Notes under the pieces: generated by a model | What the model saw: only the letters and a program-made list of their open reading frames with translations | Told to the model about the DNA's origin: nothing | Database searches by the model: none | Source: Candidatus Hydrogenedentota bacterium | GTDB taxonomy: Bacteria; Hydrogenedentota; Hydrogenedentia; Hydrogenedentales; SLHB01 | Length of the DNA: 44,009 nucleotides | Reading direction: 5' to 3' | NCBI GenBank assembly: GCA_029974275.1 | Contig: JARKSN010000098.1 | Coordinates: 1-44,009, forward strand | Made by a program: the position numbers and the translations under genes | In this document: positions 36,730-44,009 of the stretch, piece after piece | Layout: each line of letters opens with the position of its first letter | Numbering within the stretch: position 1 is the first letter of the stretch

Positions 36730-37245
36730 TCAGCGCGGAACTCCGCAAAGAGTCGGTGAGCTTGGATTACTGACGTCAAGAATGCGCAGCCCTGTGGGTT
36801 CGGCAAGATAGGCTTTGCCATTTGCTACGGCGACGTCATTGCCCCAATCGGTGCCGGCATAGGAGCCGCAAAGCACGGGATTTGTCGGCGTGCTTATGTC
36901 GATGATTTGAAGTCCTCCACTGCCGCCCGGGCTTGTTGATGCCTCGATCCAAGGGGAGTAGAGATAGTGATCGATCAAAACAACATCGTTAATGCCATGG
37001 GGAGCTGTTAGAGACCCCACCTGTCTCGGGGCATTGACATTCGAAACGTCAAGGACAACCAAACCTCCACTCCCACAGGCGGCAAATGCGTAATTTCCAT
37101 CTACACAAACGCCCAACGGGCCATTTGTCGAGGTTACGTTCGCACGGCCCAGCAATGTCAGGCCTCCAGTGGTTACTCCTAAAGCAGGCTGTGCAATTGC
37201 TGCCATAAGAGCGAGAATTGACCAAGTAAACACCGCGTTTCTCAT
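36730..37245 (-). pseudogene. 5' part of an interrupted LVIVD-repeat secreted protein
   Basis: Signal peptide plus GLVVLDVSNVNAP, GLQIIDISTPTNP and GLRILDVSNPSSP repeats. It stops abruptly in mid-repeat (PTLCG-VPR*). Confidence 0.78.
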
Positions 37246-37422
37246 TATTTACCCCTTTTCTCGGGCCTTTCCCTGGGCACATGTCCACCAAATGCACCAA
37301 TACGCCAATCTGGTTAGTACTGCTTAGCGCAGAGTTCATACTTTTGTGTCGATTTTAGTGCGAGACAGTTGCATAAGTCAATATATCGACCGAGAAGGAA
37401 AGACGAATTCAGAGGGACAGTA

Positions 37423-37550
37423 GCTTTCCGGAAAAAGTTTCCCCACACTTCTCCAGAGACTCTCGATCGTTTCTCATTCCAGGCGCGAAGCGCAGTGAAA
37501 AGTTCTTGGGAGGGGTTCGGGGAACCCTTCTTTCAAGAAGGGTTCCCCGA
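37423..37550. repeat. Inverted doublet of REP-like elements (degenerate forward copy and intact reverse copy)
   Basis: The reverse complement of 37498-37550 is TCGGGGAACCCTTCTTGAAAGAAGGGTTCCCCGAACCCCTCCCAAGAACTTTT, near-identical to 1817-1873. A partial forward copy AAGTTTCCCCACACTTCTCCAGAGACTCTC lies at about 37435-37464. Confidence 0.75.
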
Positions 37551-37634
37551 TTTTCGATTTACTCTATCGCGTTAGAGAGTCTGGCAGATCATCGCGCCAA
37601 GCCAAGGAGTGATAGAAATCACGGCTGCAATGCG

Positions 37635-39623
37635 TTAGCGCGAGTGCTTTCGGCGTAGCGACATGGCCTTGCCCTGCAAGACCGTGCCGCCGAGGAATAC
37701 CAGCAGCGCCGTGCACAGGCGTCCCGTGAGCGGGGTGGAAGTCGGCTGCGACGCATCGTATGGGGGCGTCCCCAGCGCCACTTCCGTCCGGTCGGACACG
37801 CCGTCGCCGTCGCTGTCGGCGTCGAGGTAGTTGGGAATCCCGTCCCCGTCCAGATCAATGATACCTTCCTGAATGTTGGGTATGGTGTCGCCGTCCGAGT
37901 CCAGCGGCATTCCCAAGCTGACCGCCGTCTTGCCGCCGGACCACGCGTACTCCGTCGTGGTCGCCAACCCAGCCCACGGATCCGCGGTGGGCTCCGGCCA
38001 CGTTGTGTACAGCAGGCCCAGCGAACGCGGCGTTGTTTGGCGATGAGCAACCATGACCTGTCCCCAGAAATCGGCGTTTCGCGGGTCATACCATGCCGAC
38101 CCGGTCGTGTCGAAACCCAAATCGGTGAAAAATGGCACCGAACGTTGAATAAAAGTGTTTGCTGCAGGATAAAGGTAATACCATCCGTTCATGATGATGT
38201 CTTTGGGCAGGTTCTGCGCGGCAACGGCTAGTGAATCGTCCCTGGCGTTCTGCCACGGGTTCACGGTGTCGTTCCACATCATGAGGCGGACGTTCGGATC
38301 GACGGCCTTGGCGTACTGATCCAGGCGCGTGACTTCCTCCACAAACAACTGGCCGGAAGTCAATCCCCGGGAGGTGCAACGGCTGTCCCGATTCATGATG
38401 ATAACCTCGTCGTGGCCAATGTGGAGATAGCGCGGATGCAGCGCCTCCATGACCTGCGTGATCGCGTGGCGCATGAACTCCTGATAGAGGGGTTCGCTGG
38501 GGCAACACGACATCGCGAACACGCCGGCTGGCACGGCAAAGGTATACGAGACGCGAACCAACTGTCCCTCTTGCAGGCTGCCTCCCGGCAACGTCTGAAC
38601 GGTCCACGGCGTAGTCTGGTGGGTGAAGGGAAAGACCAGCGCCGACCCCGGGATAATCTCGTAGTCGATGCCTTCCGTATACGTAACCACGGCGTTGATG
38701 TCTTGAACGAGGAACGGGGATGCATCGGTGCGAATCACATTGCACAGCGGATTAATAGAGCTTCCCCAGACGCCCGACAACACCAGCTTGCCGCCGGCCA
38801 CACGAAACAGCACGCGCGAAGCTTGCATGCCCTCGGAACAGCGCGGTTCGCGCTCCAGAATCGAATAGCCCCACCCGAAACTTTGAAGTTGCGGAACAAA
38901 TTCAATCGCGTTGTCCTTGCACAGACGACTGACCTGCTGCCAGCGCTCTTTTACGCTCGGGTTGCTGATGTCGTACAAATCGCCCGACTCGACCACCAAC
39001 GTATTGATTTTGTGCAACGAGAGCGACCGGGCGTGATGCTCCGGCGCGTACGCGCCGGCCAACAAATGCACCCCGCGAAACGGCAGCGTCGGCCAGTCCC
39101 GAATCGCGAGCTGCGCCACCGAGCCGTCAGCCTGAATCATCTGCCGAAGCGTAGTCAAGGCATAGTACACGCCCGCCGTATCTTCGCCGACGATCACAAT
39201 GCTGTCCCCGTTCACCACGAGCCGATACCCTTCTGCGCACTCCGGACTTGTCACCCACATGGTCGACGACCAATCCCGATCGTCTTTGAGGCCTAGATAG
39301 AGCGTACCGGCAGTTCCTGGCTCCTGCGGAGTGATCGATACGGGAAGTGCCGGGCGGCCAATCGCGCTCAACCGCTCGGCGATGTGGTCGATACCGGCTT
39401 GGATGTTTCCGACCGTCGGCGAAACCACGATGCTCGTAATGGTCGGGATACTGAGCTGCGCGGGAATCCCTTGGGCCCATTCCACGTGCTGCGGCGCCGG
39501 ATGGATATCGGGGAGTGGGGTTTGGGCCCAAGAAGAGCGAGTGGCGCCTACAAGCACAATAAGCCCCAAGCCTACAAACATAAGAATCAAACTATGCCCG
39601 AGACGGAATTTTTTATCAATCAT
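37635..39623 (-). CDS. GH20-like beta-N-acetylhexosaminidase with C-terminal DxDxDG repeats and a TM anchor
   Basis: Signal peptide; GH20 domain 2 ([27 protein letters not shown]); PQLQSFG; catalytic HIGHDE; MMWND; tail DSDGD/DLDGDG/DSDGDG. Confidence 0.82.
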   Translation of the reverse strand: MIDKKFRLGHSLILMFVGLGLIVLVGATRSSWAQTPLPDIHPAPQHVEWAQGIPAQLSIPTITSIVVSPTVGNIQAGIDHIAERLSAIGRPALPVSITPQEPGTAGTLYLGLKDDRDWSSTMWVTSPECAEGYRLVVNGDSIVIVGEDTAGVYYALTTLRQMIQADGSVAQLAIRDWPTLPFRGVHLLAGAYAPEHHARSLSLHKINTLVVESGDLYDISNPSVKERWQQVSRLCKDNAIEFVPQLQSFGWGYSILEREPRCSEGMQASRVLFRVAGGKLVLSGVWGSSINPLCNVIRTDASPFLVQDINAVVTYTEGIDYEIIPGSALVFPFTHQTTPWTVQTLPGGSLQEGQLVRVSYTFAVPAGVFAMSCCPSEPLYQEFMRHAITQVMEALHPRYLHIGHDEVIIMNRDSRCTSRGLTSGQLFVEEVTRLDQYAKAVDPNVRLMMWNDTVNPWQNARDDSLAVAAQNLPKDIIMNGWYYLYPAANTFIQRSVPFFTDLGFDTTGSAWYDPRNADFWGQVMVAHRQTTPRSLGLLYTTWPEPTADPWAGLATTTEYAWSGGKTAVSLGMPLDSDGDTIPNIQEGIIDLDGDGIPNYLDADSDGDGVSDRTEVALGTPPYDASQPTSTPLTGRLCTALLVFLGGTVLQGKAMSLRRKHSR

Positions 39624-40095
39624 GATGTACCTTTTTTTCCCAGGATTACGCCTTTTCACTCACTGTGCACAAATAACATCAGAATCAATGCAAAATTGTA
39701 CAATAAAGTTTCAAAAAATACAATAATAAGGCATTTCCTCGTTTCTTTTCATATACTGAACAAACTGGCAAGAGTGCGAAATTTTGTACGCTATTTTTGT
39801 TGTAAATGAGAAATCTTTAAGCTTAATATTTATGAGGTTATTAAGACTACTCCATATGGAAGCTTAAAAATTACGGAACCCATTCCGTTCTAAATTGGGC
39901 ATTGGAGAAAATGCTCCAGGGAAAGAGGAGAGACTTTCCATTAGGCGAGCATAGCACGAGGGCTGTTGTGAGGCATTTCTTTCAGAAATTTTTAGCCCGA
40001 CCCATGCGATGTTTTTGAGGAAATACGCTAGAATAGGGTGCGTGACGCAGAGCCGTACTTGTCAGGCATCGGCAACGAACAGAGAGGAAGACATC

Positions 40096-41487
40096 ATGAA
40101 ATACGCGCACCCGTATTGCAGACTCCTGGGCTTAGGGATGATGTTAGGGCTGTTCTTGGCGTCGAGCGCTGCGTTTGGCGGCGGCCTGACGCCGGATCAG
40201 GAACAGGCATTGCGCGCGATCGCGCGGGGCCAAACGTTCACGTGGCCCGAGATGACGCCCGGACAGGCGTCCGAACTCTGCGACAAGGCGGAGCGGTATC
40301 TCGAGCACTACGAAAAGTACAACCTGCCTCAAGGCTACAACGCCGATCTGTGGTGGGTCGATCCGGCCCGGTCTCGGGCGCACATGTATGACGGCATCGG
40401 CGACAGCGCCACCTGGACGGGGCATTATCTGGCGGCGCTGGTCATCAAGTGCAGCGTGACCGGCGACGCATCCCTCCGGGATCGCATTTTGTGGACGTTG
40501 GAAAAGTTCGATCTGCTGACGCGGGTGTCGGGTCGCGTCGGGTATGTTGCCCGCTATGCCGGCGATGCCGACGATCCAGCGTACCGCGAATACTACCGTG
40601 TCTATGGGCGCGGGGAATCACCGGAGCGGCCGGGACTCGGCAAGAAGGCGTTTTGGGGCGTCGCGCCGTACGAGAAGATGGTATGGCTGGGCGACAGTTC
40701 GCGCGACACGTATGACGGCACGGCGATGGGGCTGGCTGCGACGTTGGCGTATGCGAAAGATGCCGAGATTCGGCGTCGCGCCACGCAACTTGTCGAGTGC
40801 ATCGGCGACCGGTTGATCGCGGACGAGTGGCGCATCGTTGACGGACAAGGCAATAGCACGCAGGCGACTAGCACGTTCAAGCTCGAGTGGATGCGTCTCA
40901 TTCTCAGCGCCAATCCGAAGAAATACAAGGCGTTGCGCTCCGATTACAAGGCAGCCATGAGCGCGTACACGGGCGATGGCCCGCGAATCCGCGCCAAAGA
41001 TGCAGACGAGTATTTCCCCGCGAATCTCGATTTCATTCGTTTGTTCGTGCTGAATGAGCTGGAGGAAAAGGCGGCGTGGTCGAAGAAATTCAAGAGCGCG
41101 CTGACCCACGCGTACCTCGATAAGGCCAGTGACCACCTGAATGGATATTTCGCGGCGATCTACATCCTGGGGACCGGGGACAAAAAGAACGCAAACGCAC
41201 GGGCGACGTTGCAGGGCACGTTGCTCGATTTTCCCGCGCCGCCGAAGTTTTTGCGCGTTGTCGATGTCAGAAACGACCCTTCCATTGAGCAAAAGAACGA
41301 AAAATACACGTTGTATGCCCTGTTGCCGCGCGAAAGAACCGTAAGCGATTTCATCTGGCAGCGTCCGCCGTGTTTGAGCCATGCCGGCGACGAGAGAGCG
41401 ATTGAATTCCCGGGCATCGACTTGTTTCTGCCGTATTGGATGGGCCGGCTGAGCGGAGCCATTCCCGCGCCGCCTGGAAAAAGCTGA
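40096..41487 (+). CDS. Secreted hypothetical protein, probably alpha-helical toroid
   Basis: GAGGA RBS and a signal peptide; 463 aa with GDSATWTGHYLAA, WLGDSSRDTYDG and GIDLFLPYWMGR. Confidence 0.75.
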   Translation: MKYAHPYCRLLGLGMMLGLFLASSAAFGGGLTPDQEQALRAIARGQTFTWPEMTPGQASELCDKAERYLEHYEKYNLPQGYNADLWWVDPARSRAHMYDGIGDSATWTGHYLAALVIKCSVTGDASLRDRILWTLEKFDLLTRVSGRVGYVARYAGDADDPAYREYYRVYGRGESPERPGLGKKAFWGVAPYEKMVWLGDSSRDTYDGTAMGLAATLAYAKDAEIRRRATQLVECIGDRLIADEWRIVDGQGNSTQATSTFKLEWMRLILSANPKKYKALRSDYKAAMSAYTGDGPRIRAKDADEYFPANLDFIRLFVLNELEEKAAWSKKFKSALTHAYLDKASDHLNGYFAAIYILGTGDKKNANARATLQGTLLDFPAPPKFLRVVDVRNDPSIEQKNEKYTLYALLPRERTVSDFIWQRPPCLSHAGDERAIEFPGIDLFLPYWMGRLSGAIPAPPGKS

Positions 41488-41685
41488 AGAGGCCAGGCCG
41501 CCGCATGAGCAATCGAGGTTGCACGATGGACGATTTCGCCGGAATGAGGCGAAACGGCGCGTTATCCAAAAAACGGCCGGGGCGGTTCCGTGGGCGATAG
41601 GACCGGAGACTCCGCGCTTGTCGCATGTATCGTGCGCCCTCGAAATGTGCTTGCTGGGCGTTTGATTGCCTTTGGCGCGCTTGTG

Positions 41686-42921
41686 ATGGGGTTGATGCCG
41701 GCTTGGCCGTGGGCGGCCTGGATGGCGGCGCCGTTTTGGGCGATTTGCCTGCTGACGTGTTTGGCGACGCGGCGCGCGTTTGCCCGACACATTCGGCGGC
41801 TGCATCGTCTGACGCCGGATTCCCGCGACGGGGAGGAGGGGCCGTTGCCGCTGGTTGCGATCATCGCGCCCGCCCGCAACGAGGAAGATGCTATCGAAGG
41901 AGCCGCGCGATCGCTGGCCGCGCAGGACTATCCCGGAACGGAAATCTTTGTCATCGACGATCATTCGACGGACGACACCGGAGCCATTCTGGACCGTCTT
42001 GCCCGTGAATTGCCTCGTCTGCGCGTCATCCACGATCCGCCTCTGCAGGAAGGGTGGCTCGGCAAGGCCAACGCGGTGTGGCATGCCGTGCATCAAACCG
42101 GCCCAAACGTCACATGGCTATGCCTGACGGATGCGGATATCTGGTTTCATCCCAAGACCTTGCGCCGCGCCGTGGCCTACGCCGAGCGGATGGGCTTTGA
42201 TTTCCTGACCTGTGTGCCGCGGCTGGACCATGGTTCTTGGGCGGAAGAACTGGTTATCTCGCGATCCTGGGGAGGGCTCATCATCGAGTCCGATATGGAG
42301 CGATTCAACACGTCGTTGGTGCAACCTATTGGGGTGGGCGCGTTCATTCTCGTCAAACGCGCGGTTTATCTCGCCAGCGGGGGGCATGCTGCCCGGCCGG
42401 GCGAGCAGCCCGAGGATTACTTGCTCGCCAAAACGATCAAAGATCAGGGCGCGCGCATGGGGTTGGCGTGGACGTCAGAGATGATCCGTTTGCGTTTGTA
42501 TAGAGGATGGAAGCAGGTGTTGCGCGTATTGGTGCGCAAGAACCGTATCAACACAAACGACAATCCCGTCAAAATCCTGGGGCAGGCGCTTCTTCCCATT
42601 CTGGGCTACCTTGTCCCGGGGCCTTTCGCGCTCATCATGGGAATCGAGCTTGCGCTTTTCGGCTGGCGCTGGGGAATAGGGATATGCTGTTTATTGGCGG
42701 CCTGGACCTACTTCGAGACCGTCCGTCTACTGGCTTTGCACCGTGAATTATGCAGGATGCGCCGCGTAACTCCTTGGCTTACTCCTCTGATGGGCCTGCT
42801 GCGGGCAGGAATAGAAATGATTACCTTGCTTCATGCCCTTCTTGACCGACCCATGGAATGGCGCGGCCGCGTCTTTGTGCATGCGTCCGCTGCGCAGAAG
42901 CCGGGCTTGGAAAAACAGTAG
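41686..42921 (+). CDS. Membrane GT2 glycosyltransferase (HpnB/CrtQ-like)
   Basis: IAPARNEE, IDDHSTDDT, GWLGKANA, TDAD, GAFILV, PED and C-terminal TM helices with EWRGR. The start is uncertain (41590-41695). Confidence 0.85.
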   Translation: MGLMPAWPWAAWMAAPFWAICLLTCLATRRAFARHIRRLHRLTPDSRDGEEGPLPLVAIIAPARNEEDAIEGAARSLAAQDYPGTEIFVIDDHSTDDTGAILDRLARELPRLRVIHDPPLQEGWLGKANAVWHAVHQTGPNVTWLCLTDADIWFHPKTLRRAVAYAERMGFDFLTCVPRLDHGSWAEELVISRSWGGLIIESDMERFNTSLVQPIGVGAFILVKRAVYLASGGHAARPGEQPEDYLLAKTIKDQGARMGLAWTSEMIRLRLYRGWKQVLRVLVRKNRINTNDNPVKILGQALLPILGYLVPGPFALIMGIELALFGWRWGIGICCLLAAWTYFETVRLLALHRELCRMRRVTPWLTPLMGLLRAGIEMITLLHALLDRPMEWRGRVFVHASAAQKPGLEKQ

Positions 42922-43114
42922 GCCCGAACTCGAGCGTCCTCGAATCGGTCTTCTTTTCACACCGCCGTTTCCAGAGTTCTGCATGTCGCGCGCAAAAAAA
43001 AGTTGCGGCGGGTGACATGAAAACGCTTTTGGGATGAATACATCCATGACGGAGCAAAGGGCTCCATCAGTCAGGGCAATGCCGAAAACAAGACTAACAA
43101 GGAGAGTTACGAAG

Positions 43115-43603
43115 ATGAAGAAGCATGTTGTCGTTGCGGTGCTGAGTTTGTTTGCGTTGGCGGTGTGCGGAATCGCGATGGCCCAAACACCTGCGCCGGC
43201 CCATACGTCTTCCGCTGCGGTTCCGGCTGCGGCCCCTGCGGCGGCGCCAGTTGCTCCGCCGGCCCCTGTTCCTGCCGAGAAAAAGGATGCGGTTACGCAC
43301 GTTGTCGGCAAGGTTTCCGTCAAGACGGAAAAAGTTGGCGATGCGGACGTAAAGGTCCCTTATATCGTCGTAGCAGAGGCCAAAGCAGAAGACGGAACGC
43401 TGGTTCTCGATTTGGTCGGCAAGAGCCTCAAGGTCACCGGGCCGAAGGCAGCGGAAGTGGAAAAACTGGATGGCAAGGAAGTCGAAGCCAAGGGCGTTGT
43501 GAAGGACGAGAAGACCATCGAAGTCCAGACGGTTGCAGAGAAGAAGCCGCTCGAGAAAAAGGCCGACCTTCCTGCTCCGACGAAGCCGGCCGAGAAGAAG
43601 TGA
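43115..43603 (+). CDS. Secreted hypothetical protein with a Pro/Ala linker and a small Lys-rich beta (OB-like) domain
   Basis: AAGGAG RBS, MKK signal peptide ending AMA-Q, PA-rich linker and LDGKEVEAKG. Confidence 0.75.
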   Translation: MKKHVVVAVLSLFALAVCGIAMAQTPAPAHTSSAAVPAAAPAAAPVAPPAPVPAEKKDAVTHVVGKVSVKTEKVGDADVKVPYIVVAEAKAEDGTLVLDLVGKSLKVTGPKAAEVEKLDGKEVEAKGVVKDEKTIEVQTVAEKKPLEKKADLPAPTKPAEKK

Positions 43604-43748
43604 CATTGGGAGGCATCCGGGCGTTTCGATTGGCGGAACCCAAGGAAGCAAACGCGATATGATACTATGGTCGGCCTGCGCGGAATGGCATGGGGATGCG
43701 AACCCCGGCAAACTCCGCGCAGGTCGCCTGTGTCCTTCCAGAAAGAAA

Positions 43749-44009
43749 ATGGACGGCAGGCGGAAGGGGCCTATGAACGATTTTGTTGCGGCCATCGAGC
43801 GACATAGAGACCAATTTTACCGATTTGTGCTGCGCAACACGTGGAATGCCTCCGTGGCGGATGACGTGTTCGCCTCGGCGGTGCTTGCTGCGTTCGAGAA
43901 CCGAAACCGTTTCACGCCAGGAACGAATTTTCGGGCGTGGATGTTCCGGATTCTCGCGAACAAGTGCTTTGTCGCGAACCGGGAGACCTTGCGCGACGGA
44001 GGGCCTCTT
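43749..44009 (+). CDS. ECF sigma factor, cut off by the window end
   Basis: Not in the ORF track. It reads (MDGRRKGP)MNDFVAAIERHRDQFYRFVLRNTWNASVADDVF...FTPGTNFRAWMFRILANK, a sigma region 2. Confidence 0.85.
   Translation, partial: MDGRRKGPMNDFVAAIERHRDQFYRFVLRNTWNASVADDVFASAVLAAFENRNRFTPGTNFRAWMFRILANKCFVANRETLRDGGPL

Larger units (their letters stand above)
35488..36744. mobile_element. AT-rich 1,257-bp insertion carrying a RAYT remnant and two orphan ORFs
   Basis: It separates two halves of one LVIVD repeat, with TCC (GGA on the coding strand) at both junctions. Confidence 0.6.

Noticed and set aside
43026..43090. Possible c-di-GMP riboswitch (hairpin TGACGGAGC-aaagg-GCTCCATCA)
   Set aside because: It lacks the GEMM GGCAAA/GNRA/receptor architecture. 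An Rfam scan would be needed to support any call.
1..44009. CRISPR arrays, tRNA or rRNA genes, prophage genes
   Set aside because: I found no regularly spaced repeat-spacer units, tRNA arm motifs or phage hallmark proteins by eye.

Overview
This is a GC-rich bacterial chromosomal window. The protein types suggest Candidatus Hydrogenedentes or a similar lineage, but that is inference only. From left to right it carries: xylB, rpsU and an isochorismatase-family hydrolase (minus strand); the first half of a dcw cluster (mraZ-STAS-rsmH-ftsL-ftsI-murE-murF-mraY-murD-ftsW, stopping before murG); an esterase; a GT-C glycosyltransferase divergent from an ECF sigma factor; a secreted beta-propeller; an LplT-Aas fusion with an adjacent alpha/beta hydrolase; a minus-strand histidine kinase / REC-GGDEF / 64-aa protein / WbqC / WecA-like cluster; and xth, a PduO-type adenosyltransferase and ppdK. 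A lower-GC accessory region follows (about 34.5-40 kb). In it an LVIVD-repeat surface protein gene is split by a 1,257-bp insert carrying a decayed RAYT-type HUH transposase and two small orphan ORFs, next to a GH20-like protein. The window ends with a secreted hypothetical protein, a GT2, a small secreted protein and a truncated second ECF sigma. The most unusual item is the head of the dcw cluster. A STAS protein lacking the canonical phospho-Ser motif is translationally coupled between mraZ and rsmH, six phased MraZ-type boxes overlap the promoter, and two NrdR-box-like sites 42 bp apart lie upstream. Other notable items are a ~120-aa insertion in MraY, a dispersed REP-like palindrome family, and a C-terminal DxDxDG + Pro-TM-basic tail shared by two unrelated proteins. 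I saw no tRNA, rRNA or CRISPR array. All calls come from reading motifs by eye; no database searches were run.
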